The translations under genes and the position numbers were made by a program. This document shows positions 18,732 to 31,579 of a stretch of 64,000 nt of DNA, piece after piece (within the stretch, counting starts at the first letter, position 1; the number at the start of each line of letters is the position of its first letter). Source of the stretch: an uncultured Gemmatimonadales bacterium (lineage in GTDB: Bacteria > Gemmatimonadota > Gemmatimonadetes > Longimicrobiales > RSA9); assembly GCA_963798085.1 (NCBI GenBank), contig CAWCRS010000003.1, forward strand, positions 32,001 through 96,000, written 5' to 3'. The notes below the pieces were generated by a model that made no database searches, was not told the origin of the DNA, and saw nothing but the letters and a program-made list of their open reading frames with translations.

Positions 18732-20101
18732 ATGAAGCGTTGGGTGATCGCTGTATCCGCTGTGGGAATCCTCGTGCTGGCCGCTGTACTGCTGCTGCGC
18801 CAACGGTCAAGCTCGGAAACGTACAGGTTCGTGCAGGTCCAGCGAGGCACCATCGAGTCTTCGGTGAGTGCCACGGGCACGCTGCAACCGGATACCACCA
18901 TCAGGTGGGCACACAGGTGTCCGGCCAGCTGGCGGGCGTGTACGCGGACTTCAACGATCATGTGCGCCGCGGGCAGCTGCTGGCGAGGCTGGACACCACC
19001 GTGCTGCACGAAGCGGTGGTGGAAGCCAATGCCTCGCTCGACGCGGCACGGGCCACCCTCGATCAGCGCGAGTTCGAGCTGCAGCAGCAGCAGCAGCTCC
19101 ATGACTCGCACGTAGCCACGGAAAGCGAGTACCAGACGGCGCGCTTCAATGCGGCATCGGCGCGCGCCAATCTCGAGTCGGCGCAGGCCAACCTGGAGCG
19201 CGCGCGGCGCAATCTCGATTTTGCGCGCATCTCCTCGCCCATCGATGGCGTGGTGGTGGAGCGCAACGTGGAGGTGGGCCAGACAGTGGCCGCCAGTCTC
19301 TCCGCGCCGCAGCTCTTCCTGATCGCGGGCAATCTCGAGCACATGCAGATCCTGGCGGCGGTGGACGAAGCAGACATTGGCAGCATCCACACCGCACAGC
19401 CGGTGCACTTCACGGTGCAGGCCTGGCCCAATGATCAGTTCACGGGCAGCGTCGAGCAGATCCGGCTGAATCCCACGACGACGGACAACGTGGTCAGTTA
19501 CACGGTGGTCGTGGACGTGCCCAACCCGGGCACCCGGCTGCTGCCCGGCATGACGGCCACCGTCGCGTTCCAGATCGCGCGTGCCGAGAACGTCCTGGAG
19601 ATTCCTAACGCAGCATTACGGTTCCGCCCCACGCAGGCCATGCTGGCAGCAGTGCAGCGCCCGGGCAGCCGCGGGCCGGGGAGCGGCCAGCCGGCCGGCG
19701 CCACCACCAGTGGCGCGGGCGACAGCGGACGGGCGGGCGGGCGGACGCGTGAGGGCGACCGCGCCGGGCGAGGCGGCGGAGCGCAGGGCGGACGGGGCGC
19801 GGGCCCGCGCGACCGGGCAGCGGCAGCCGGACCCGGCGACAGCAGCGGATTCACGCAGGCGGGCGGCGAAGACAATGTCGCCTGGCTCTGGTACGTGGAT
19901 GCGAGTGGCAGGCTGGCGGTCACAGCCGTGCGCACGGGAATGACGGACGGACAGATGACACAGGTCATCGGCAGTGACCTGAGCGCGGGCATGAACGTCA
20001 TTGCCGGTGTCACGGGCGGCGCCCCCGCGGAGAGCGAGGCGACGAACCCGTTCCAGAGCAACCAGCCGCGCGGCCGCGGCGGCTTCCGTGGAGTCTTCTG
20101 A
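18732..20101 (+). CDS. MacA-like efflux periplasmic adaptor; frameshift near 18900
   Basis: [30 protein letters not shown] joins [43 protein letters not shown]. Confidence 0.88.
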
Positions 20102-20102
20102 G

Positions 20103-20850
20103 ATGGCGGACGGTGACGCGGTCATCCGCATGGATGAGATCCGGCGCGTCTACTCGACAGGCCGCACCGAAGTGCAGGCGCTGCGCGGCGTGACGTTTCT
20201 CGTGGAGCCGGGCGAGATGGTGGCCATCATGGGCGCGTCAGGGTCGGGCAAGTCGACGCTGATGAACATCATCGGCTGCCTGGACCAGCCCAGCGCCGGG
20301 ACGCTACTGGCTGAACGGCGTCAGCGTGTGGATCGGATGAGACCGCAATGCAGCTGGCCGACATCCGGAACCGCGAGATCGGCTTCGTCTTCCAGGGCTT
20401 CAACCTGCTGGCGCGCACCTCGGCCATCGATAACGTCGAGTTGCCGCTGCTCTACGATCGCTCGGGCCGCTATCGCGGACACGCGCGCGGCGGCACGCGG
20501 CTCGCTCGAACGCGTGGGTCTGGCCGAGCGGCTGGACCACGAGCCGAGCCGAGCTGTCGGGCGGGCAGCAGCAGCGGGTGGCGATTGCCCGCGCGCTGGT
20601 GACCCGCCCGTCGCTGCTGCTGGCCGACGAGCCGACCGGCAATCTCGACAGCCGCACATCGGTCGAGATCATGGCGCTGTTTCAGGAGCTGAACGAACAG
20701 GGCAGCACCATCGTGCTCGTAACGCACGAGCCCGACATCGCGGAGCACGCGACCCGCATCGTCGAGCTGCGCGACGGCTGGTGCTGCGCGACCATCGCGG
20801 TCGACGGGCACGGCGCCGGGCCGACCGTCACGAGCTGTCGCGGGGGTCGC

Positions 20851-20854
<4 letters not shown>
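20103..20854 (+). CDS. MacB/LolD-type ABC ATP-binding protein; several frameshifts
   Basis: [49 protein letters not shown], spread over different frames. Confidence 0.85.
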
Positions 20855-22079
<1,225 letters not shown>

Positions 22080-22080
22080 C

Positions 22081-25000
22081 TCAGCCGCCGCCCGGCCGCC
22101 TCGCCAGGATGGGCGCGGGCGGCTCGGCCTTGCGCACGAACCGCTCGGTCCCTAACAGCTTCATTGCCTCCTGCACGGCGCGCTCCAGCTGCGGGTCGTG
22201 GCCGGCAATCACGTCCTTCGGCGTCATTCTCGACTTCGATGTCGGGCGGTACGCCATCGTTCTCCACCGCCCATTTGCCGTCGATGGAGAAGAAGCCGCC
22301 GCGGGGCGCGATCATGGAGCCGCCATCGACGAACGGCGGCGTGTCCCACGTGCCCACCAGACCGCCCCACGTACGCTCACCCACCAGCGGTCCCACCTTG
22401 TAGTAGTGGAACATGTAGGGCATGAGGTCGCCGCCTGAGCCCGCCTCCTCGTTGATGATCATCACCTTGGGTCCCCAGATACCCGCGGCCGGTGAAGTGA
22501 ATGGCTTGCGGTCGCCTACCGGGTTGTTGAAATAGCCGTGCGGCTGGCGATTCAGGAACTCGATGATGTAGTCGGCCGCCGAGCCGCCCGTGTTGAAGCG
22601 CTCATCGATCACCGCGCCTTCTTTGTTCTGCTGCGCGAAGTAGTAGCGGTTGAACGCGGTGTAGCCCGGCTGGCTGGTGTTGGGGATCCACACGTACGCC
22701 AGCTTGCCGCCGGAGAGCTGGTCCACCTTGCGGCGGTTGCTGTCCACCCAGTCGATCTGGCGCAGCTGGCCCTCGGAGCCGATGGGCTGCACCGTCACTA
22801 ACCGCGAGTTTGTGCCGGATGGGTCCGGTCCCACGCGGATCTGCACCTGGCGGTTGGCCGCGCCCTCGAACAGGCGGTAGGGATTCGCGGGCGCGCGCAG
22901 CTCGACGCCGTTCACCTCGAGCAGGTAGTCGCCCACGCTGACGTCAATGCCCGGCTCGCTCAGCGGCGCACGGCCGGCACCCCACTCATCGCCGCTGTAG
23001 ACCTTGGTGATGCGATACCGGCCGTTGGCGATCTCGTAGTCTGCACCCAGCAGGCCTACCGAGACGTTGGGGACCTCGGGCATGTCGCCGCCGCGCACGA
23101 AGGAGTGCCCCACGTTGATCTCGCCACCCATCCAGTCCAGCAGGTAGTTGAGATCGGAGCGGTGCGCGACGTAGTCCACCATGGGCTCGTACAGGGTGCG
23201 CGTCTTCGCCCAGTTGAGCCCGTGCATGTTCTTCACGTAGAGGTAGTCGCGCTGGATGCGCCAGCCTTCCGCGAACATTCGGTGGTACTCGGCGGGCGGA
23301 TCCACGCGCATGCGCAACCCCGCGACATTGATGCGGCCGGAACCGGGCTGCGGTGGCTGGCGATCGCTGTCCACCACGCCCCAGTTCTGGCCCGAGCGAT
23401 ACAGCAGCTTGTGCCGGTCGGCGGAAATGCTGTACGACGTCACGCCGCCCATGAACTCCCTCGCCTCGCGGTCACGCAGGCTGTAGCGCTCGAGCGTGTT
23501 GCCGCCGCCGGCACCGCCACGGCCGCCACCGCGACCGCCACGGCCGCCGCCTTCACCCGGCACGACGTAGAAGACCTGGCCCTCGGTACCCGCCTGCAGC
23601 GAGCGGTAGTCACGCGCAGGTACGGGGACTGCGACGATGCGATTCTCGAGTCCGTCGAAATCGATGTCGACGCGCACTTCACGCGCTGCGCCGCGGCCGC
23701 CGCCACCGAAACCACCACCGCCTGCGCCACCACGGCCACCACCGCCGCCACCGCCGCCGCCGCCCGCCTGTGTGCTGTCGCCACGCTGCGCTGTGCTGGC
23801 GGTTCCGGTTTCATCGCCGATCACGGGAAGGAGCGGCGATGGCTCACCCTTCTTCAGCACGGCGAAGTAGATGCCGCGCGTGGCGGGCCGGTCGTACGAC
23901 GTCATGTCCAGCCAGCCGGTGTTCAACGCGAAGTCGGTACCGGCCATGAAGTACAGGTACTTGCCGGAGGCATCCCATGCGGGCGAGGTGACGTCCGACA
24001 TGCCATCCGTCATCTGACTGATCTTGCCCGTCTCGAGCGAGTAGACGAACACGGCGTGCAGCAGATTGTCGAGGTGCTTGACGTAAGCGATCCAGCGCGA
24101 GTCCGGACTCCACACCGGATCGACGGTGCGTGTGGGCACCATCCACGGATCCGTGTCGATGGTGGTGGCCTTGCCCGTTGCCACGTCCACCATCCAGAGC
24201 CGCAGGTCGGTATCCGTGAACATGATCTTCTTCGAGTCCGGCGACCATTGGGGCGTGTAGTAGAACTTGGGATCGGGCAGTGCGATTTCCCGCCGCTCGC
24301 CAATGCCATCCTGCGGTGAAATGACGAGTTTGTACTCGCCACTGGCATCGCTGAACCAGGAAATCCACTTGCCATCGGGCGACCACGCGGGTGCGCGTTC
24401 GGCCGAGCCCGACGTCTGCGTCAGGTTGCGCCAGTCGGCGCCGCGCTCGGTGGGAACCGTGAAGATGTCGCCGCGTGCTTCGAAGAGCGCGCGCTTGCCC
24501 GTGGGCGAGATTTCCGCGTTGGTGATGCGATTGGCGACATCCTCCCAGTGCGGCATCATCCACGGGAAATCAGCCCGCACCGTGATGTCCACGCGCTTCG
24601 ACTGGCCGCCGGCCGGATCCAGCGTGTTGATGTAGCCGGCCTGCTCGAACACCAGCGTCCTGCCGTCCGTCTGCAGCGTCTTCACGTCGAAGTCGGTGAA
24701 GTGCGTGACCTGCTTCAGCTGCTTCGTCTTCGTGTCGTACGCCCAGATGTTGGTAGCCCAGTCGCGGTCGGACAGGAAATACACGGTTTGCCCGATCCAC
24801 ACGGGCTGCGCGTCTTCCGAGCGATCCCACGGTTTCACTTCCTCGAGGTCGTACGACTGCATGTCGAGGATCCAGATGGGCCGGTTCTGTCCGCCGCGGT
24901 AGTTGCGCCGCTCCTCATCCCACGAGCTGGGCATACGGTAGGCGAAGTGCTTGCCGTCGGGTGAGAACGAGCCCTGATACGCGCGCGGCATGGGCAGCGC

Positions 25001-25522
25001 CTGCGGGAAATCGGCGTCCAGCCCGACCGTCCAGAATTTCCCGCTGCTGGGTGCATTCGTGCGACTCGAGAGGAAGACCACGCGCTTGCTGTCCGGCGTC
25101 CAGCCCTGCACCTCATCGGCGCCCGGATGCCAGGTCAGCCGGCGGGGCTCACCGCCCTCGGCGGGCACCACGTACACATCCGTGTTGCCCTCGTACTGCG
25201 CACTGAACGCGAGCCAGTGGCCGTCCGGCGAGAAGCGCGGATTCGTCTCCTGACCCTGGAAGCTCGTCATGCGTCGCGCATCGCCACCCGCACGCGGCGC
25301 CACCCAGATGTCTTCCGCGTACTCGAACGCGATGCTGGTCGCGCTCATCGTGGGATCGCGCAGCAGCCGCGTCGGCCCGCCATTGGGCATCGCGCGCTCC
25401 GCGATCTGGCGTGTTTCCGCGGTGGAGCGCGTGATCTGGGCCGCTACGCGCCAAGGCGATAGCGCTACGAACAACGCTGTCAGCAGGGCGACCGTCTGGC
25501 TGTTTCGCATCGCGTGAGTCAT
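22081..25522 (-). CDS. Tricorn protease homolog (S41); frameshift near 22230
   Basis: Signal peptide, PD40 propellers, PDZ-like region, GHSF, DERFNTGG, AGSGGD, RTWGGLVG. C-terminus (..DPQLERAVQEAMKLL..) lies in a shifted frame that stops at 22081. Confidence 0.92.
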
Positions 25523-25545
25523 GGCGCACCTCGGGTTCTGGAAGG

Positions 25546-25845
25546 GCGTTTCCGGGGCTGGGGCTCGGGCTGGGGATAACGGATGAATATCGACTTATGA
25601 CTGACAGCTGCGTTGCCGGGGCTTGGGCTGGGAAACGGAACCGGAGCATTCATGCACGACGCAGGCGATCTGCGCGTGACTCCTGGCCTGACATCGTCGC
25701 CTGATCCGTGCATCCCGAACTCCACCGAACCGTGAGTTCCCAGTCCCAGCTCGAGCCCCAGCCCCGGCAACGCCGTTGATCCGTCATCCGTTATCGCCGT
25801 TCCCCAGCAACCAGCCCCAGCAACAAGCAACCAGCAACGCAGTCC
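25546..25845. repeat. Intergenic repeat family B (GCGTTGC followed by GGGCT-type runs), inverted pair
   Basis: GCGTTGCCGGGGCTTGGG near 25610 faces CCCAGCCCCGGCAACGC near 25757; further CCAGCAA runs follow. Confidence 0.6.
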
Positions 25846-27860
25846 TATTTCCTGCCACCACCCTGCCCGGTAGCACTGACAGCTTTCGGAGCTCCAAGTA
25901 CGTACTGGGCAAACCACTTCTCCTGCTCCTGATCGAGATAGATGCGATGGCGAGGCTCGGCGATGCCGTGGCCTTCGCGGGGGAAGCGCAGCATCTCGAC
26001 GGTCTTGCCCAGCTTCTTGAGGGTGCGGTAGTACTCTTCACCTTGTGTTATGGGCACGCGGCGGTCCTGCTCGCCGTGCGTGATCAGCAGTGGCGTGGTG
26101 ACGTTGGTGGCATAGCGGATGCCGGAGTACTTCTCGTAGACCTGGCGCGTGGCCCAGGGATAACCGCCGAAGCCGAACTCGAGCAGGTTGGGAATATCGG
26201 TCTGGCCGTAGAACGCGAACCAGTCGACGATGCCGGCATGGCCGATCGCGGCCTTGAAGCGATTCGTCTGCGTGATGGTCCAGAAGGTCATGAACCCGCC
26301 GTAGCTGCCGCCCATGATGGCGAGTTTGTCGGGATCGGCGACGCCCTGCGCGATCGCGTAGTCCACGCCCTTCATCAGGTCCGTGAAATCCTTGCCGCCC
26401 CAGTCCTTCACATTGGCGGTGCCGAAATCGAAGGTGCGGCCCGAGCTGCCGCGCGGATTGCCCATGAGGACGGCGTAGCCGCGGGCGGCCCAGATCTGCG
26501 CTGATGTATTGAACGTCTTCGTGAAGCGACCGAACGGACCGCCGTGCACGCTCAGGATCGTGGGATAGCGGCGGCCGGCCTGATACTCGAGCGGATACGT
26601 GATGATCCCATCAATCGTGAGCCCGTCCGCGCCTTTCCACGTGATGGGCTCCGCCTTCGCAATCGCGAAGTCCTTCAGACCATCATTCTCCTGGAACAGA
26701 CGGCGCATGTTCTTCCCGTCATTGTCCGAGAGGTAGACGGAACCCGGATCGGAGAGGCTGGTGCTCGTGATGAGCCAGCGCGAGCCATCCTTCGAGCGGC
26801 TCTCCACCGTGTAGACGTTCTGGTCGTCGGGCAGCACGGGCTGCGCCGTGCCGCCGGTGGGCGCGGCCTTGTACAGCGTGGAACTGAGCCCCTGGTCCGC
26901 GCGGAAATAGATGCTGCGGCCATCGGGCGCCCAGTCGATGTCGGACACCGAGTAGTCGATGGCGGCGCTCAGGTTGACGGGCGTACCGCCTGCGGTCGGG
27001 ATCACCTCGACGTCGAACTGGTCCGCGCCATGGTTCTCGTGGCTGCTGGAGCTGTAGGCGATCCACTGGCCGTCGGGCGACCACACGGGCGCGCGGTCCG
27101 GACCGGGGTTGTGCGTCAGCTGCCGCACCTCGCCCGAATCGGCCGACACCACGAACAACTCCGTGTTATCACTGCGGTTCGGATCCCCCATCTGCGTGCC
27201 GGTGTGGTTGGAGGTGAAGGCGATCCACCTGCCGTCCGGCGACCAGACCGGGCCCTGGCTGTCGTACGGCCCGGCCGTGACCTGCTGCTTCTTCTTGGTG
27301 GCCAGGTCATAGACCCAGATCTGCGTGTACGTCAGCTTCTTTTCGGCGTAGTAGCCGTCATCCTTCTTCTTGACCTTCTCGTCCCACGCCTTCCTGTCGG
27401 GCCGCTCGCTGGTCTCGGTGAAGGCCAGGCGGTGGAAATCGGGGGAAAACACGCCGTTAGCGGGCGCCTTGGGGTCGTCGATCAGCTTCTCCGCCTCGCC
27501 GCCATCGGGCGAGATGGCCCACCATGCGGCCTTGCCATCGCGGTTCGAGCTGAAGAGGATGCGACCGTCGGGCAGCCAGCGCGGGCTGGTTTCGCCCTTC
27601 GCGGAATTCGTGAGCTGCACCGTGCGGCCGCTGGCGATGTCGTACAGGAAGATGTGCGCCGTGCTCTCCAGGCTGTCCGGATCGCGCGTGCTGCGCGTGT
27701 AGAAGAAGCGGTCGCCGGCCGGCGACAGTGTGTAGCCGTTCCAGTTGGGCAGCAGCAGTGACTCGCGCATCGTCATCCTGCGTCCGCTCTGCGCGTACGC
27801 GAGAGAGGCGCTGGCCAGCAGCAGCAGCACAGCGGTGCACAGCGGTTTCGCTCGGGTCAT
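25845..27860 (-). CDS. S9-family prolyl oligopeptidase/acylaminoacyl peptidase
   Basis: Signal peptide, WSPDG repeats, VHGGP, GGSYGG, QDRRV, EGHG. Confidence 0.95.
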   Translation of the reverse strand: MTRAKPLCTAVLLLLASASLAYAQSGRRMTMRESLLLPNWNGYTLSPAGDRFFYTRSTRDPDSLESTAHIFLYDIASGRTVQLTNSAKGETSPRWLPDGRILFSSNRDGKAAWWAISPDGGEAEKLIDDPKAPANGVFSPDFHRLAFTETSERPDRKAWDEKVKKKDDGYYAEKKLTYTQIWVYDLATKKKQQVTAGPYDSQGPVWSPDGRWIAFTSNHTGTQMGDPNRSDNTELFVVSADSGEVRQLTHNPGPDRAPVWSPDGQWIAYSSSSHENHGADQFDVEVIPTAGGTPVNLSAAIDYSVSDIDWAPDGRSIYFRADQGLSSTLYKAAPTGGTAQPVLPDDQNVYTVESRSKDGSRWLITSTSLSDPGSVYLSDNDGKNMRRLFQENDGLKDFAIAKAEPITWKGADGLTIDGIITYPLEYQAGRRYPTILSVHGGPFGRFTKTFNTSAQIWAARGYAVLMGNPRGSSGRTFDFGTANVKDWGGKDFTDLMKGVDYAIAQGVADPDKLAIMGGSYGGFMTFWTITQTNRFKAAIGHAGIVDWFAFYGQTDIPNLLEFGFGGYPWATRQVYEKYSGIRYATNVTTPLLITHGEQDRRVPITQGEEYYRTLKKLGKTVEMLRFPREGHGIAEPRHRIYLDQEQEKWFAQYVLGAPKAVSATGQGGGRK

Positions 27861-27878
27861 GGGTCCTCCGCGGTGTGT

Positions 27879-28514
27879 TCAGCGCCGGTACGCCAGCAGC
27901 ACTCCGTCACGAATCGGTACGATCGAGCCGATCCAGTCCTCGCTGGTCATGATGGCGTGCGTGTAGGCGCGCACGCCTTCGGTAGCCGGCGACTGGTCGG
28001 CGTCGTCGAAGATGCGTCCGCTCCACAGCACGTTGTCGGTGATGAGGACGCCGCCCCGCCGCAGCTTGTCCGCTATGACAGGCAGCGATGCGGGGTAGCC
28101 CGCCTTCTCGATGTCATTGAAGACGAGATCGAAGGGACCGTCGGCCTGACGCAGCGCAGCGACGGCTTCGCTGACTGTGTAGCGTACGAGGTCGCCCAGT
28201 CCCAGCTTCGACAGGTATTCCTTCGCCGATACGGACAATGCCTCATCCCACACCACGTGGTGCACCTCGCCGCCGCCGTTTTCGCGTACGGCGCGCGCGA
28301 ACCAGGCAGTCGAATACCCGTAGCCGGAGCCCAGCTCGAACACGCGGCGCGCACCACTCATGCGCGCGATCTGATAACAGAAGTATCCGGCGGCCGGCCC
28401 GATGATGGGGAAGCCGTCGCGCGCGGCGCGCGCTTCCATCTCCTGCATGATGGCGGGCCTCGCCGGGACATTCTGCTCGAGATAGCTGCCGACCTGCTGC
28501 GCGATCAGTTCCAC
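27879..28514 (-). CDS. O-methyltransferase (Methyltransf_3-like)
   Basis: FELGSGYGYS, FDLVFNDIEK, GGVLITDNVLWSG, IRDG. Confidence 0.92.
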   Translation of the reverse strand: MELIAQQVGSYLEQNVPARPAIMQEMEARAARDGFPIIGPAAGYFCYQIARMSGARRVFELGSGYGYSTAWFARAVRENGGGEVHHVVWDEALSVSAKEYLSKLGLGDLVRYTVSEAVAALRQADGPFDLVFNDIEKAGYPASLPVIADKLRRGGVLITDNVLWSGRIFDDADQSPATEGVRAYTHAIMTSEDWIGSIVPIRDGVLLAYRR

Positions 28515-28683
28515 GCTCGCCTGCGCGGGAAAGAATTACATGCCAGGTGCGTCGGGTGACGGCCCGGGCTCTCAGGGGGACGGGCAAACGTAGGCGGGCC
28601 GGGAGTCGCCTGCAAGGAAACGCGAGGGCCGGTCGCGGATCACGACCGGCCCCCTCTGGTGCGCGCGTGTGGCAGTCCTCGCG

Positions 28684-29151
28684 TTACTCTTTCTCCCAGA
28701 CGAACAGCGCGCGCTGGCCTGCATACCTCGAGAGATCGACGGCGCCCGCGCCCACCTTCGTGTGGATGCCGAAGAGCTTGGCCTTCCAGAAGGTGAGATT
28801 GATGCGACCCGGCGCCGTCGGTATGCAGCGTACGGCATTGCCGTCCCCCTGGACGCTCGGCTCATCGCGGTTCGCGCCGATGCCCTTCCACCAGCCGGTC
28901 GCAGTCAGGATCTCCAGACAGATGTTCAGCTGGCTCCCTACGGATGGATCGGGCGAGGTTATCATCTCGATGCGATCCGCGAGATCGTCGGTGGTGAAGA
29001 AAAGGTCGAGTGCGGGTGGCGCGGGCGGAGCCGGCGGCGCAACGCCGCCCGGATCCGGTTGCGCGGGAACGTCCGTCGGGCTCTGGCACGCGGCCAGCAG
29101 CAGGGTGGTTCCCAGGAACGCCGCGACTGCAATATGATGAACGCGTAACAT
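28684..29151 (-). CDS. Hypothetical lipoprotein
   Basis: Lipobox LLAAC, Pro-rich linker, small Trp-rich domain; GAGGAG RBS. Confidence 0.75.
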   Translation of the reverse strand: MLRVHHIAVAAFLGTTLLLAACQSPTDVPAQPDPGGVAPPAPPAPPALDLFFTTDDLADRIEMITSPDPSVGSQLNICLEILTATGWWKGIGANRDEPSVQGDGNAVRCIPTAPGRINLTFWKAKLFGIHTKVGAGAVDLSRYAGQRALFVWEKE

Positions 29152-29304
29152 GGTAGTCTCCTCAGTTCTTGTCTGCCGCCCGCACACTCGCCGGATTGCC
29201 AGCGCACGAACGAACTGTCTACATCAGACAGGGCGACAAGAACCGGGAAACACCCTCACGAATTCGCGCGCGACGGATTGCGCGGAACCCGCCCGGGCCG
29301 TGCA

Positions 29305-31492
29305 TCAGCGCACGGTCACCTTGCGCATCACCTCGCCTTCCAGCATGCGGTCCACCACGTCCATGCCCGACACAACGCGGCCAAACACCGTGTAGTTGTG
29401 ATCGAGACGCACATTGTCGATGAGATTAATGTAGAGCTGGGAATCGCCAGTGTTACGGCCGCGGGTGGACAGGCCCACTGTGCCTCGCCAGTTGTACTCG
29501 AGACCCAGCTCGTCGCGCGTGAACGGGCCATCGCCTGCGTACTCGTTGGCGCCGGGACTGCCGCCCTGCACCACGAAGTTGGGCGCAATGCGGTGGAACG
29601 TCAGCCCGTCGAAGTGGCCGCTCCCTGCCAGCCGCGCGAAACGCCACGCGTTGGTGGGCGCCGCGAAGGGCAGCAGCTCGATCTCGATGCGGCCGCCATT
29701 CTCCAGCTCGATGAGCACATGCTCGCGGGAGAGTGCTTCCAGCTCCTCCGCACCAGGCAGCGCCAGTCGGGGGAGCATCTCAGGCGACGCTTCCATTCGC
29801 GTGCCCGTCCAGCCCGCGAGCACGGTGGCGGCCTGCTGCGCGATCGCGGGGTCGAAGTCCCGCAGCCAGGGGTGCAACGCGCCCGCCTGCGCCTTGCCAC
29901 CCAGCTGGCCAATGCGCGCCAGCAGTGCGGTGCGCGGGTCGCGCAATGTCTCGCGCTTCATGGCCGTGATGCGATCCAGCGCGGCGAGCAGTGCGGGCAG
30001 TGCCGCCGTGTCACGCGAACCCGCCAGTGCGCCCGCCGCGGCCCGCAGCAGCTGGCCGTCCTGCTGGTCACGCAGCTGCGCAATGTACACGGCGTCGGCG
30101 GCGTGACCGGCCAGCGAGTCCAGGCCCTCGATTGCGGCCGTGCGAACATTCGGGTTCGCATCGGCAGCGAGTGCGCGCAGTCTCGCCGTGTCGCCCATCC
30201 CGGTGGCGGCCCTTGCGGCCCAGGCGCGCACGAACGGGTTGGCATGCGCGACAAACGCATCAATGCGCAGCGCCGCCTGCTTCGCATCGGCGCTCGCCAG
30301 TGCCGCGATGGCGTGCGCCGGGCGCTGCCAGCTGTCCGGTTCCGACGTCGCGGGCAGCGTCTGCGCCAGACTGTCCAGCAGCTGCGCGCCCGGCGGGCCG
30401 CCGCATTTCCCCGCCATGATGTCAATGGCGAGCAGGGCCACGTGCATCGCCTGGCCGCGTGCCGCGTTCATAATGGGACGGCAGCGCGTTTCGGGGTCGC
30501 GGCGCTGCTCGTAGGGCCGCAGCGATTCGTAGCGCACCATGGCCGCACTGTCTTCCAGCGCCCGATCCAGCAGGTGCTGCGCCGCTGCGGCGTCCGGCAC
30601 ACGCGCGATGGCCGCGGGCGCAAGGCGGCGCACCAGCGGATCGGAATCCGCCAGCACCAGCTCGATGTCTGACAGCGTGTTCTGGCCCGAGCCCAGCAGC
30701 GCGCTGGCAGCCACCGTGCGGGTGCGGCGCGCGCGCAGAGCAGCGCCGCCTGCCTGCGTGGACCGTCCGGTCTGCAGCAGTGCGCGCAATGCGCCCAGCG
30801 CCTCGTCCGGGAGCGCGCCGCTCGCCGCTCGCTGCAGCACCAGGAACTGGAAGCCACGCGCCACACCCAGCCTTAACTCTTCGTTAGAAGAAGCCGCCTC
30901 GCCCGGACCGGCACGCCCCGCGGTGTCCCCCAGCGTGGTGACGAGCTGCAGCGCCGTGGCCGCGACATCGGCCGCGCCCGCCTGTGGCAGCCGGCCCAGG
31001 CTTTCCGCCAGCACACCGCGCACGCGCGCATCAGGCTCCAGCCCCAGCCGCTGGCGCAACGCATTCCTCGCCAGTGTCCCGCTCCCACCGGGCGCTGCGC
31101 CCGCAGCGCCCGCCGCAACTGCCAATTGCGCCAGCGCGTTGGCTGCCTGGGCGCGCACGGCGGCCGAGGAGTCGCCGAGCAGCGGCACAATCAGCGCAGC
31201 GAGCGTGTCCTGCTCGAGCCGGCCCAGTGCGCGTACCGCGAATGCTGCGCAGTTCGGCGTTGCTCGACGCCAGACCCTCGCGCAGCGGCGCAATGCCGCC
31301 CTCTGCTCGCCCGCGCGCGTCCTCTGCGGCCAGCATGCGCTTGAACAGCACGCTGTCGGCGGCGAAGTGCGAGGCCGTGGGGCGCGCTCGCTCGCTGCAG
31401 GCAGGCAGCAGCACGACGGCAAGCGTGGCGAGCAGGACGGGGCCGCGCGCATTCAGGCGGGGCCGTGGGACGGAATGCGGTTGCGTGATCAT
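29305..31492 (-). CDS. Lipoprotein with HEAT repeats and C-terminal cyclophilin-type PPIase; frameshift near 31245
   Basis: LLPAC lipobox; VRAQAANAL-type HEAT repeats; FHRIAPNFVVQGG, TGDSQLYINL, YTVFGRV. Confidence 0.88.
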
Positions 31493-31579
31493 GGCGGGGA
31501 AAATACGGCGGGGCAGCGGCTGCGGACAAAGGGCGGTTACGGATTGCAGGCGACGACGGCGCCTCGATCCGCCGTCGTT

